A DNA stretch of 63,920 nucleotides, the filler included, from Folioceros fuciformis (Eukaryota), in the NCBI GenBank assembly GCA_049999805.1. It is 8 parts of 8 records of this genome, joined end to end, with 100 filler letters (N's around TTAATTAATTAA, not from the genome) between each part and the next. Parts side by side here need not be neighbours in the genome. Positions count along the whole stretch, not along the records: positions 16,568 to 24,488 come from JBNGIO010001253.1; positions 24,589 to 40,560 come from JBNGIO010001254.1; 6 more parts are not named here. One strand, 5' to 3'. Below, one piece after another: positions 22,100 through 34,689 of the stretch. The notes beneath the pieces were generated by a model that saw nothing but the letters and a program-made list of their open reading frames with translations, had not been told where the DNA came from and searched no databases. Each line of letters starts with the position of its first letter. Within the stretch, counting starts at the first letter, position 1. Position numbers and translations under genes: made by a program.

Positions 22100-23930
22100 A
22101 TGTTGGCTGAAGCTCGTTTCTCAGTGTCTGAAGGGTCTGGCGACAGGTTGAGCTCACTCTTCATGCAAGATGACAGACGGCAGCTTGTTGGTCTTTCTCA
22201 GGGTCTGAAGGCTCTGGTAGCAGGTTGAGCTGTTCATGTCATATGACAGGCGGTAGCTCGTCGGACACTCGGTGCCTGAAGGCTCCTCTAAGGATGTTGA
22301 GCTTTCATCTGGTTGCTTGGCACCATGTACTCAGGTTGCAGTATCATACAACATTGTTTACTTCGTTTCCAATGGCAGTATTGGTTTCCCTGAGAACCGC
22401 AACCACTGAGCGGCAAATCGTTTTCACAGCACGGGACTTCGAGGCATTGACGTTGAACCTGCTTGCTTGGACAATTGGTAGGTGGCGGTATCATTTTGAT
22501 CCTTCTCAGCTATCTGCCGTCCCTGAGCAGTTTGGTCAGGAGGCTAATGGTCATCACTGGGACAAAGCTCTGCATGTCTCTTGCTCGCCTTAGCATTCAT
22601 GTATATGGTGTACATGCTAGGTTCCGTACCAAGATAATATACAGAGGCCACTGGCCGGTCCAATGAGCTATCTATTCTCTCACTGGCCTCGTGCCATCTT
22701 GCGTAGTAATGGATGACGAGCTCAACATGTTCCTTTGTCCTCGACAGAAGGGGTTTATGAACCTCTTCCCACGCTGAAGGTGTGTTTATTTAATAGTTGG
22801 TGGTGATTCCGGACTACAATGATCTTGGGTGCTAGCTTCTGTCCCTCTATTATTTGATGGCTCGAGAACATGCAGGGACAGCAGGGTCGTACGTAGGCAA
22901 AGGAGGAGTCGGTGAGAGACACATCCATTAGGACCTCTAATCAGCACGTACCGGACACAGATCGGGTTAAACTTGTTGGGTGTTGCTCTTCGTGTCTGCT
23001 GATTTTAGTGTGAACTCTGATCAATGTTCCCTCAAAAGCAAGCACCTGTAAATTCCAAGACTGCTGTATGTACGAAGACTCACACGAGGTGCCCAATTGT
23101 GTGTGACAGGCAACCGAAGTTGTGCTATTTCTTGATGCCATTTCGGAGATCTGACTTGCAGAAGGACACTTGGAAAGTCTCCTGCACTGGGGATTTCCAT
23201 GGCAGGAGCAGCTGCTCTCGGGTTAATTGGCTCTATTCTGTCATGTTAGCTGGTGGGCAATTGCACGTATGAGATATCAAGCTACTGTGTCTTTCCACTG
23301 GTACTCAAACTTTATTTGTCGAAGCTCCTAGCCCAGAGATTTTTGAAGCAAAGCCGTGATGCCCTTGATTGTTGTGAGGTAAGGGATTATTGGTATTCAA
23401 AGAACCCCAGCTAGTGATCCTTGTTGTGGTCGTATATTATTCAGAGGATCCACCGGATTTGTCGTTCTGCGTGGAGCACTTTGACTACAAGATGGCGTAG
23501 TTACAATATGAGTGTCTGTTTTCTGTCAACACTTCCAAACAGTTAAGCATGAATGAGCTACAAGTACCCTCCCCCAGGTTTTGGCACTCTACTCACAAGC
23601 GAGACTGCTGAGCCATGGGCCTCGATCCAGAGATCCCTGTGTACTGCCCATCCAGCCTTAGGAATACGACAAGTTATGTCAGTCAGACTTGTAAGGAGAT
23701 GAAACTCCAGCTCAGGTTGCTGCCTCTGGTTCCCATGAAGATGAGTGAGCTTTACTGTGTAAGCAGAAGATGTGAAAGGGGCCCGACCTGTAACCCACGT
23801 ATCTAGCTACCCTCCATCTTCACTTCGCAGGTTTGTCCTACAATGCGCGGGGGGTCGTTTCCATTCAAAGTGCACCACCACCATCTTCAGAGGCTCAAGT
23901 ATTCTTCTTCCGACCCAGAGAGCACCATTC
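22100..23930 (-). pseudogene. Possible highly decayed NB-ARC-LRR (NLR) gene
   Basis: Across shifting frames, in NLR order: LKMVVVH/ETTPRAL*D (P-loop-like), GGSSE*YTTTTR (RNBS-B-like), QEIAQLRLPVT/HTIG (GLPL-like), IHE/MLR (MHD-like), then 71-77-nt tandem units reading SLQTLRKTNKLPSVI (LRR-like). All matches are weak. Confidence 0.25.
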
Positions 23931-24488
23931 CCCTCCCCTATATACACACACACAAGTTGCAGTCCCGGGGACTGTCTCATCTGGGAATGATGGATTCCTA
24001 TGTCTCCATGACGAGGCTGCCGTGGTCCTGGATGCAATTAGATACATCTGCGGATTCCGGAGTACAGGGCCCTGCATGAATGCGATCACACGCTGCATGC
24101 GGACCGTGACAAGTCAAGAGGCAGTAGACTCCAGTGAATGAGGAGGCCCCGTCCAGCCTGCTGGCTGCCTCGTGGGAGGCATTACAGTTGGCCTCGGCGG
24201 GACCCGGCCGCCCGGTACCCGGAGCCTCACATTGAATGGAACAAAGGACGCTGAATTATGGCTACTTTGTCGCTCATCACGCGTCGTAAAGGAGCCACAT
24301 GCTCCGGCCACATACACCGGATTCTCCCGTCACTCGCCCTCCCCGTTCCCGTGCACATCTCAGTTTAGCCGGCAAGAATTTGAGACGTCTCTTTACTTTA
24401 ATACATACACACAAGACTTTGAGACGTTTCGGAAGCTGGATCGTGGCGTGGAGGCGCTGAGAGTCCCCCACCCCTCGGTTCATACGCC

Positions 24489-24588
24489 NNNNNNNNNNNN
24501 NNNNNNNNNNNNNNNNNNNNNNNNNNNNNNNNTTAATTAATTAANNNNNNNNNNNNNNNNNNNNNNNNNNNNNNNNNNNNNNNNNNNN
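24489..24588. other. Artificial contig spacer
   Basis: N44-TTAATTAATTAA-N44. Confidence 0.97.
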
Positions 24589-26985
24589 ACTGTATTGGGT
24601 ACCCCGGCTCAAAAACCAATATACATACATATTTTTATATTAACTTTTGGAGACCGTGTTTCAAGAAGCCCCGTGGCTGGCCTCCTGCCTCCAAGCATGG
24701 ATATTATCACATGAATCCCATTGCTGATGTAAATACCTGAATTTATTGTAATATCCGGTTTTTATTTCTGTATAATAAATAACAAAATAAATTATACAAA
24801 TATTTTTGATACATTGTGGATGCAATTTTTTTTAATTTTTTCTTTTAAGATTAGATCCACTAAAATTAAAGTATATAGTTAAAGTTTTATTCATGAATAT
24901 AAAATTTGACAAGTTAATACTAGCTAATTATCAACTAAGGTAGTTTATATGTTAGCAACCGAAGCATGTTTAATAGCTTTATAGACTATCTCACATAATG
25001 TTGTAAACTTTTCTTTTTGGAGCTCAACCTGGATTAAGGTTGGATTGAGATTAAAGCTTTTGAAGTGCAATCAACTATCCCTTTTCATAGTAGTGCATTT
25101 CTTATATTCAACTTTTTGAGCAAGATATTACTTTTCTATATGGTTTTTGGGTTATACGGATCTTAGTGGGGCTCCTAGCTATTACATAGGAATTCATAAA
25201 GTCATCTTTATTAGAGGACTTACCACATACTAACGATCTTTCCCAATTAGGGGACCCACTAGTAGCATTTGGTATTTTATCATTTGGCCTTTGCCCATCA
25301 GCTGAACTAGCTCTTATTTATTGTTTCATTCTCTTCAAGAAGGTTAGGGTTGTCTTGTCCTCTTTTGTTTTGTTCTCTAAGAATGGATTCCACGAATGTC
25401 ATGCTTCCTCCTTAAGAAGTCTTCTTCCTAGGGTTTTTCTTTGAAAGAAAGAAAGAAAGATCATATTTTTATGTTGTATATGTAGTGCTTAGGAAGTCAT
25501 GATCTTTAAGATTTTGTTAGTTAGAGTGTCATCCCCAATTCTTCAGGTTGAGCATGGCATGAATGCACCCTGAGAAAAGTTTGTAAGTACTCTTCTATGT
25601 AGCACGTGCATGCATCACCCTTGGCATTGAAACCCATTGAGCTATGGACAAGGTTTTTTTATTTAAGTTTTAAGGTTTTTTCTTTAAGCCTGTGCTTAGG
25701 AGTATCATAGTGCATGAAAGAGTGAGGTCAATCCCAGTGCATGAAAGAGTGAGGTCAATCCCACTCCAAGGCTGTGACTTTGTACTAACAGGGAATCTAG
25801 CAAGCATTATCCAATGCGGAGTATAGGATGACAACAAGTGCATTGAGATACATATTGTAGGGTAGTCCTATCCTATTCTTGACTTTGGCATCTCTACATG
25901 GTGGGTCATTAGAAGATATCGGTAACCAATGGGTTAGTGTGTGCCCTCCCAAAAGTTTTTCCTTTAATTTGTCTTGTAGTAGATGAATTTGTCCCATATT
26001 TCTCTATGTAATAAAATCTTTATTTTCCCCCCTACATATTAGAAGTCTTTGTGTATGTCCTTCTATGTGCCCTAACTCCATCAACAACTTTGATATTCCT
26101 ATGTATGAAGATAAGGTTCTTATTCCCTTTCCTCTTGACTTTTGAAGACCATGAGGTATTGAACAAGAACTTTTCAAGAGTAATTATGGATTATACAAAA
26201 GATTATTATAATCACAGAAATAATTTTTATTATAGTTGCTTTCTTTGAAACAAGGCATCTTCATTGCTCTGTAAAACAAACACCTAGCAAACAAAACAAT
26301 CAGCTTAACAAGTAATGCAGACCCAGAGTTTAGTGGGCTCCAATAAGCCCTTAATTAGTGGGGCATTAGGTGACTACGGTATACACGCAGCTAGGCTGGC
26401 CCATTTTTGCTGTTGTTACATGGGTTTTCCATGTGATCCTTGAATAAAAAAACCTCTCAACGTACGGTCGATTTCTATAATATACTTCGTAGCTATATCC
26501 TACATACGCATTTGAATATGCCGTCCCCGCTCGCTTTGCTCTTCTTTGAAGGTAAAGTGTCGAACGTCGGCCGCGCCGGCATTTCTGAATAGAGGCTTTC
26601 TCCACGACGGTATGCTCGTTCTGGGAGTCGGCCAAACCGTCGGAGGCGGAGTGCAGGTGGCAACCACTTGTCCAGCCGGTGGTTTCTGAACTGATGCCCA
26701 CAGGTGGAGCAGCAGCTTAAGAGACTTTAGCTTCATGCTGTTTCTTGAGCTGGTATTCGACCTGAATGCTGGCTGGTTGCTGGGGCTACGATTGAGCAGA
26801 GCCTGCCAGGACCTCAATCCCTTACATGCTATCGGCGAATGGCGGGTATGTGGGTCTCTCGTACACGGAGTGGCGTCCCACGGTTACTGAGACTCAGTGA
26901 CTTCCCTCGAGAGAGATCCACCATGATTGGAGGAGGTGTCTGACGTGGTTGGTCACTTCTTGGTTTTGCTTCTCCGCTGCTCTTG

Positions 26986-29109
26986 ATGGGGTCAAGTGCC
27001 AAGTTCAATGTGTATGAAAACGCCGCTGTGGCTGAAGTCCTCCGTGAGAGGGCGATTCGGCCATCTGCCACCGCTTTGTTGTCGGTTTTAGGTGTTTTCT
27101 TTGCGGCCACATCAACTTTCGCGTTCCTCTTGCTCAATTGGGAGGCAGTTGTATTGTTTTTCGTCTCCCTGGGTGTCAGCCACGGTGTTGCCAGCACAGC
27201 ATTGGGCGTAGGGAAATGGGTTGGTGGTATCATTTGTCTGGCTGCAGTTTCTGCAGTCTGTAAGGTGATGTATCTCATGTTTGCTTCGAATGGCGGGCTA
27301 CAGATTTCGGAGGGCAGGGGGGCCAGGTATAAGCGGTCTATGTCTCTGACAGAGCACCAGCAGTCTCTCTTGGGCATGGTCTCAGTGAATCAGCAGAAGT
27401 TGGCACATGAGAAGGAGGAGGAGTCGGATACCACTGCTGCTATGAGGCAGCGACCTCCAAGATCGAAGGCGAGGGTGTCTGCATCACCGTCAGCGTCTCC
27501 TGTCTTGGTACCCGTCCACACTCCAGTAGTATCCAAAGGACTGCGGAGCACGGGTACAGTCGTTTCCTCGCCATGGGGGGAAGTTTTCTCTCATCCTATC
27601 GCCAGTGCAGGTCAGGCACCGTCATTGTCTCCAGGTAGAGTTACCACTCCAGTATCTCAGTACCGGGGACAGATCCCCCCCTATGGATCATCACCATTTA
27701 AATCTGCCTCACCATCCTCTGTGCAGAAATCACCTGCAAGTCCCTGGGGCAGAGATCACCAGTTTGGTCTCATGAAGGACGAGGTGAACAACGAAGAAAA
27801 ACTGGAAGAGTTTTTGGCGGACGTGCAAACTAAGATGGTTGAATCCTCTGCTACGAGGACACCAGGAACAGGAGGTCAAGGGTATCTTACCCCTCAACCG
27901 ACTATATCAGGTGTAGGGACAGGCTTAAGCCCTGCCGCTAATTTCACTCCCCGTTCAAGCTCAAGCACTCCCAGAAGCGGCCCTAAGCGACTCCCGAGGA
28001 TGTCTCCCAGCACTCACAAGACTGTGACTTCTCCAAAGAAAGGGGAATGGGAATTTCCTCTTCCAATGTCCATGGAGCAGGTTGCCGAAGCTTTGCAGAA
28101 ACTAGGCTTTGTCGCACAGCTGGAACAAGGGAGAGATAGACTGCGGCAGTGGTTTTCTGGTGTCCTGCTTGATCCTCTGGCTTGTAAATTAGACACAAGT
28201 CACTTGCAGGTTGTGAGTGCTGCAGCCAAGCTTGGTGTTTCTATCACTGTAGCACAGGTTGGCTCTAGCGGCCAGAACGGGCGCAGAGTCTTTGCTGGAG
28301 AGGGAGCCTCACGGGAATGGCTCTCCACATTAACCCCAGATGATGATGTTGCCTTGCATGAACTTCGTACACGTCTTTTGCAGGCTTTGAGTCCACCACG
28401 TCCTACATCGACTTTCGGGCTTCAGCAAGCACAGCATGTGGTTGATCCTGCGATTCGTGAGTGTTTTGATGCCGTGACAGAGCATCAGCGATTAAAAGCT
28501 CTCATGGAAGGTGATTGGGTAAAGGGGTTGCTTCCACAGAGTACTTGGAAAGCAGAGGTTGCAGTACAGCGCGTTAGAGAGTTGGCTGAGGGAACCTGTG
28601 TTAAACGGTATGACTTCATGGGTCGTGGGGAGAGTTACGACAGAAACTCCAAACGGTTGCCCTTGGAGCTGCCATCGGATTCCCATCTCCTGGTTTACCT
28701 GTTCTGTGCACTTTTGGAGCACCCTCAGTGGATGTTGCATGTGGATCCAACATCCCATCCCAGCACGCAATGTGGGAACAATCCTTTGTATGTTGCTAGT
28801 ATGCCACACAAGGACGTGTTCCCTGAGAAGTATGTTGCTGTCTTGTCTCACCCGCCACCAGTTTTGCACATGGGAGCCTGTGTTTTGGCTGTAAGTAAGC
28901 ATACACCTCCAGTGTTTGCCTTATACTGGGACAAGAAGCTGCAATTTTCTCTGCAGGGGCGAACTGCATTATGGGACGCCATTCTTCTTCTGTGCTATCG
29001 GGTGAAGGTTGCGCATGCAGGTGTCATTAGAGGCATCAACCTTGGGTCTTCTGCCTTGAACCTTCTCTCTTTGTTAGAGTCATCTGGACAGAATGATACC
29101 GGTAGATGA
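26986..29109 (+). CDS. TMEM209: TMEM209/PNET1-like nuclear-envelope transmembrane protein (CytochromB561_N family), single exon
   Basis: 707-aa ORF: KFNVYENAAVA, two to three N-terminal TM helices, Ser/Pro-rich middle, RDRLRQWFSGVLLDPL, QRVRELAEGTC, ELPSDSHLLVYLFCALLEHPQW, GRTALWDAILLL, IRGINLGSSALNLL. Confidence 0.88.
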   Translation: MGSSAKFNVYENAAVAEVLRERAIRPSATALLSVLGVFFAATSTFAFLLLNWEAVVLFFVSLGVSHGVASTALGVGKWVGGIICLAAVSAVCKVMYLMFASNGGLQISEGRGARYKRSMSLTEHQQSLLGMVSVNQQKLAHEKEEESDTTAAMRQRPPRSKARVSASPSASPVLVPVHTPVVSKGLRSTGTVVSSPWGEVFSHPIASAGQAPSLSPGRVTTPVSQYRGQIPPYGSSPFKSASPSSVQKSPASPWGRDHQFGLMKDEVNNEEKLEEFLADVQTKMVESSATRTPGTGGQGYLTPQPTISGVGTGLSPAANFTPRSSSSTPRSGPKRLPRMSPSTHKTVTSPKKGEWEFPLPMSMEQVAEALQKLGFVAQLEQGRDRLRQWFSGVLLDPLACKLDTSHLQVVSAAAKLGVSITVAQVGSSGQNGRRVFAGEGASREWLSTLTPDDDVALHELRTRLLQALSPPRPTSTFGLQQAQHVVDPAIRECFDAVTEHQRLKALMEGDWVKGLLPQSTWKAEVAVQRVRELAEGTCVKRYDFMGRGESYDRNSKRLPLELPSDSHLLVYLFCALLEHPQWMLHVDPTSHPSTQCGNNPLYVASMPHKDVFPEKYVAVLSHPPPVLHMGACVLAVSKHTPPVFALYWDKKLQFSLQGRTALWDAILLLCYRVKVAHAGVIRGINLGSSALNLLSLLESSGQNDTGR

Positions 29110-29262
29110 CGTCAGGGTCACGGCGGTGAGACTGGACTTAGAATGCCAACGCCTGTAGTTTAGACGGTTATCTTTCGGATATTCCCAAAAGTTTTGGTGC
29201 GCAAGACACAGCTCGTCTTTTTTGCTGTACACTACGGGCTGTACCCACTTACAGAACAAAGC

Positions 29263-32069
29263 CTAGCGTGTTTTCAAAGTGGGCGACCACGACAGATTTA
29301 AACCGTGCGGCTTATACAACTCGCTATTGGGCCATGTTTTTTCTACGATGAATCCTCGACTGACTTCAACCCACTGTCCAACACACTCCCAGCGAACTTC
29401 GGCTATCATGACTCTATTTTTCCTAGGCATATTTTGAGCTTTTGCTTCTGAAGCAAGGTTCTTAGCAGCTTCATGCAATCCTGGCACATCCAGCACCCTC
29501 CTGCAGCGTTCATCATCTATCCCTTCTATAACAACAGGTGAGAGCCATTCTAGCTTGGGTACAATGTACCACCTACTGTCATTTCTGAAGGGAACATGGA
29601 TGAAGTCATTGATGTGGCACCACCATCCCATCCAGTGCATCCCGTTCAGGGTTGCAACTTCGCAGCTGTGTTCGCTCTGGTCACCCTCCTGAGCATCTTC
29701 GAGAGCACATGCTCCGTTCATGCGACGCGTCGGACTCAGAGATTGACGTTTCTGGAGTATATTCCAAAGCCCGTATTCGTAAAACAGATAGCCTTTCAGA
29801 AGAGCTTGCGGGACAACCTCCAATCTGTTGCCTAACTTAGATGGAACATCAGCTTCCGTAAGGCCCCTCGCAACAGGTGTATCTTCTACCTTTTCCTGAG
29901 GAAAAAGCTCGTTGAGAAGTATAACAGCTTCGGCATGTGCAGAAAGAGCTAACTGATGTCGCAACCTTCTCTTTTTCTGAACTAGAGATTCACCAACATG
30001 AGGCCCAAGGAAGCAGCCGAAAAAATTATCCGTGTCTCCCAAATCCATCCAATTGTCACGTAGAATTTTGCCGTAGTCTATTGAAGCATTTACCTCATCA
30101 ACTAAATTGGCATCTTGAGAAGTGGAAAAAACGCCTGCACCCTCGTCACCTTCATTTCGGCAGTCATCTTGGTCCTCACTATCTGCAGAGGATTCAACAA
30201 ATTGTATGTCTTCCTCGTTCATTCCATCCACTTGTTTGATTTTGGTCCAAGATGCAGACGCCGGCGTTTTGAGACCAAATGCCTCCCAGGGACCCGTGTA
30301 AAGCAAAAATTTTACAGAAACTTCCCAATGCTGAACTGCTTGCTCTCCGCTCCTTGATACCTTCTGGATATCCTTGGACCGTGGTCTTCCAGTAGAAGAA
30401 GGATCACACAAACGACTTTCTTCAACTAGTTGGGCAGAGCCCACGTGTTCACTATCCCTGTTCACCTCTTTTCTTCCTTTCACCTCAAATAAAAAATCAA
30501 ATTCTCCAATTGTACGAGGAATTCCAGCTCCATGGGCAGCAACTCTCTGCAGTCTCCGAAGCATTTGTTTCTTCCGCTTTCCAGCATTCTCAAAACCTTG
30601 TCCCCATGCCACTCCAAGATTGGAAGAAGTACACTCAGTCTGCAGCTCATCGCGAGAACCTGAAACCGAATTACTTGAAGGTAGACCACTTGCACGATAA
30701 AAGTCAGCGGTGCTCTCGGACAACTGCTCACCATCTGCTGGCAAAACCTCTGAGACCTGTTGTGAGACAACCAGGCGGTGGGTCTGTATTGTTGGCAAAA
30801 ACCTCAACACGTATTCGACGCACAGCGCAAAATGGTCCCCTGAACCCCATAGAGACGTTAGCAGACAGCGTGTGCAATACAATGAAACTGACTACGGGAC
30901 ATGCATGGTTCCTACCAAGGCGGTTTTTGACAGGGTGCGACTTGAACCATGACTCAACCGTATCCCCATCAAGGCTTTCCAGCCAGTGAGAAACTTCCGG
31001 CCAGTGCTCATCGCCTCCTCCAAGCATACCAGCACACACTGTTGGCAGCTGTGTTCACAGAACAACAAGTGGAAGCCTAGTTGCCTCAGGATTCGGAAGT
31101 TCATTGCATCTATTGTCATCACGCTGATTTCATCTACTCCATACCAAATGACTCTTGCTCACCTCGTCAGAGTCCAGCAGCAGTGGCGGACTTGCAATGA
31201 GAAAGCCAAGATCCCTGACAAGCCTGCCAATGTCGTGCTATCGGAGTTAAACGTACAAAGGAAGAGATATCAAGTCTGCCAGGGAAGTGAAATATGTGTC
31301 GATAACACGACAGATCAAAGAGTACCTGTGCTGCAACCCTTTCAGAAACTCCCAACGATTCCGCGCGGTTCTATCCACTTTTAAATCATACTCGCTCACC
31401 TCGGACTTCGACAAACGGTCAGCCAAGGTGTCCAAAGGTTCATCTTTATCATTGATGATGCTCCTAGAAAAATGTGTCAAAGTCGCAGCAGACCTCACTT
31501 GAACTTGCGGAACAGCTTCCATAGCCCACTCACCTCCTTCGTGAGGGACTCTCCTGGATATCACAGAAATATGTACCTTCTTCCCCCCAGACTTAACCCT
31601 CCATTCTGCATAAAACTCAACGGAGCTAGAGACCCATGTGGTGCCAAACAGAACATGGTTGTAAGCTTTCTTCCTGCTATCCACTCCAAGCACCTGGTCC
31701 CTAGTGGATAGCAAATGAAATAACTGGTGCTTTCCCTCCTGCCCTGCTTTTGGCAGCCGATTACATGCCCCTAGGCACAGAGGAACCATTTGACCTCTCC
31801 TTCAAAAGCCGGAAATTTATAGAGTGCTCTAAAAATTCTGACATCGAGAGATCTGGATGGGTTCAAGCAACCATACCGATGAATCTCCTCCAAAAGACCA
31901 AACCCACAAGTCAGACGACAGGCAGGCAGCAGGTACAACCGTGGAATGATTTGACCTACAACGAAAAGGGACTCGGTTGTAGATATTATCACAGCAGAAG
32001 CTTAACTACAGCGTCACCGCGCCCAGGTACCAGTTTTGAAAAGCTTCCTTCCCTCATTCGTACAGGCAT
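29263..32069 (-). CDS. DUF1853-family protein (predicted PD-(D/E)XK-like nuclease) with long N-terminal extension, ~6 exons; start uncertain
   Basis: Spliced motifs in DUF1853 order: RLVRDLGFLIASPPLL; KNRL|GDHFALCVEYVLRF; RTIGEFDFLF; VQHWEVSVKFLLY; FLGPHVGESLVQKKRRLRHQLALS; LLKGYLFY; MGWWCH; WYIVPKLEWLSP; EVSRGFIVEKTWP. Introns are GT-AG with compatible phases. Confidence 0.75.
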
Positions 32070-32980
32070 GGTGCAGTCACCTCCACGCCCCAGAACATGA
32101 TTCGTACAACCAACGGAATAGAACACCAAAACTCAGTTAAGCTACCGCTACTCGCGTTCGAGGCTTGTGGTCATGCCTTCAGACTTTGCAACTGGTTTCG
32201 CAAGATTGTAGGGGTCTGAGCTCCACCAGTTCTGAGCGGAAAATTAGTAAGCTCTTGAAATGTTAGGAATTCTCTCACAAAGAGCCTCGTTCACAGCCGA
32301 CGACTGGCTCATGGCGAACTAGAGATGTTCACGATCCTGGGTGCTTTGTCATACTTGGTGCACCTGCACAGATGCAGCCTCCGACTCACAGGTTTTGCTG
32401 TAGTGACAACGTCGCGGTTATAAGCGTACACGCTACGGACCGCCATGAGCGTAATAAATGACACCCATTGCCTTCCCCTGGAGTTTACTCTGGTGAGGAC
32501 GCACTGCCGGCTTTGACATGAGGACTCGCACACGAAATCTGACGCTAAACATTGCGGCAACATATCTTCAATCACCGATGGATGAGTTGAGGCGCGTGCT
32601 CGGATATCCCGGCCACGGGCGGTACGGTACACAGGTTTACAACCACTAGCTTCAACTGCTGCATCTTAACCAACAGCCGAACAGGATATCTTCAACCAGC
32701 TACATCCCTCACCGAGGAGCGACGGCTCAAAATTGGTTAATTTTATTACCAAGCCCAGATGGCAGGTACCGCAGGGAAGGACACGCAACGAACGCCAGCG
32801 CGATCACCGTTCAACTTCTTGACAGCCGAGAATTGAAAAAGGCAAACCTTGTCCGTTTAGCCGGACAGACCTCAACTTGAGCGAGAAAAATGTACAAGAT
32901 GGGACTCTTCTTTCATAGGCCACGAGACTAGCACGAGGTAAACGGCGGTGTTCTCTCAAGTTGGTTCCACTGTGACGCCC

Positions 32981-34689
32981 TTACGCCTCTGCAAACCTGC
33001 GCACGGACAAAAACGAATGTTGGAAGGCCCGCAGGGAGTAGACTGAGACAACTGGGTGTTCGAGAGGTAAGATACTAACCCGAGCTCGGACAGCGCAAGG
33101 TGGGATTCCGAGTAGTCGTTGAAGAACGCATCCTCGTCCTGCTCAAGGAGTTGGAACAGAGTTTGGAAAAGGAACAGAAAATGGCTACACTAGATTTCTA
33201 GCACACTCACCTGTGCATACAGCTCCACGTAAGGCCGAAACTTGTCATCGGTAACGAGAGCCTGATCAGAAGGCAGCTGGAGGAGACCTTCAGATTCGCC
33301 CTTCAAGAGCTCCCTAAAGATGCAGCCAAATATTTTAGCGCCAGAAAGTCGCCTCGGGTACGGGAGAGATTGTAACCAGCCACAGAATATGTTCATAAGT
33401 TCACATCTTGCCTATCACAGTGCAACCCATCATGGCAGAACCAAGTAGTATGGCTGTGCATAGCTACTCACACGAAGTAGGAGTTGTCAAACAACAGGGG
33501 CTTCGGAGTCCAGGCTCCCTCGAAGCCAGACCGCTCCTTGTGTGCTCTTCCCTGCAGACGACATTATCAGTGCAGCTCTTCCGTGACAGAACCAAGTGTC
33601 CCAAATGCTACCATCACTGCATTACCAGAGTGTGTGCACCGGAGAGCGCGACAATGTCCTTGTCACTCAAGCCCATGTGCCCAAAGACATCCCTCAGGTG
33701 GCTAGGTCCTGTACGCATCCCGCAGATTAGGAATCCATAACCAAAGAGGTCAACTGCAAGGTCCTCAACGTGTCTAGGGTAGGGTATCAACCTTTAGTGG
33801 CATCAGGAAGACGACCTTCCTCGGGCCCTTCCGGCAAGTCCTGCAGACCGACAACCCCACGCGAAAGGAAACAAACAAGATTCGTGACAAACTTGCTCGT
33901 CGCAGTGAAAAGAGAAAGAAATACCTCCACCACTAGGGCGTTCTCCCCAAAGTAGACTGACCTGGCGGCCTGGATGGAAAGGAATGGTCGGCCCACCAGT
34001 GACCTCAACTGCAACGACTCCAGCGAGCTTCAAGAGAGACAGGATGCTATGTTAGCAGATGCCCTCACCTCGAGGAGAAAACAAAAGAAGATTCAGAAGA
34101 CTATATACAACCTGATAGAAGTCGGCATAAGTCAAGATAGGGAACTGCTCCTTCACGGGTTCAAGGAGCTTGATAGCGATGTCCAGGCCGGCATTGGCTC
34201 CATGGGCAAGCTCGCTTGCGTAACGAATAGTACCAAAAGGGCCTCCAGTCTTCGTCGCCACATCGTATGTTCCAGCTGCATGCCACCTGTCCAAGCACAA
34301 AACATAACAGCTTACTGGTTTACTACTTGCTGAATCAAACAACGGAGTCCTAAAGGCCAACCAAACCATTCAAGCTCTTGACCAGAGTGGAATCCGGACT
34401 AGGACAAACGAGACCATCACGGATGGGAAAAGACTTACGCAAGGCGGACGATGATGGGGGCACAGTTCTTCTCTGCATCCAGGAAACATATACATCCGAT
34501 CAAACCATGAGATCACTTACGCCTGATGACAGCGCGACTTTGCAAACACTGTGAAAAAGATCCTTTTCAACACGCGGGAACCACATCGTCACACCACATA
34601 CCTGCGATAAGACCCCGCAACTTTCTGCGAGCCTTCTCCACTGCCTTGAGGTACTCGTCACTGACAACAGGGTAAACCTTTCCGGCCAT
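32981..34689 (-). CDS. APX: Cytosolic L-ascorbate peroxidase, 10 coding exons plus a likely 5'UTR intron
   Basis: [49 protein letters not shown]...|[13 protein letters not shown]...|[10 protein letters not shown]|...[26 protein letters not shown]...|LSELG|FAEA*. No transit peptide or TM tail. Confidence 0.97.

Noticed and set aside
22505-22780. Box C/D snoRNA candidates (GTGATGA...CTGA on minus at ~22505-22560; GGATGA...CTGA on plus at ~22711-22777)
   Set aside because: Short or imperfect boxes and no convincing rRNA/snRNA guide complementarity recognised.
22640-22790. RTKEHVELVIHYYARW resembling an ARIADNE E3 motif
   Set aside because: No RING-IBR-RING cysteine pattern nearby.
25480-25700. 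EKVCKYS/GIETH fragments resembling the restriction-like endonuclease of CRE/R2-type non-LTR elements
   Set aside because: Needs frameshifts and lacks upstream RT or zinc-knuckle motifs; too degraded to call.
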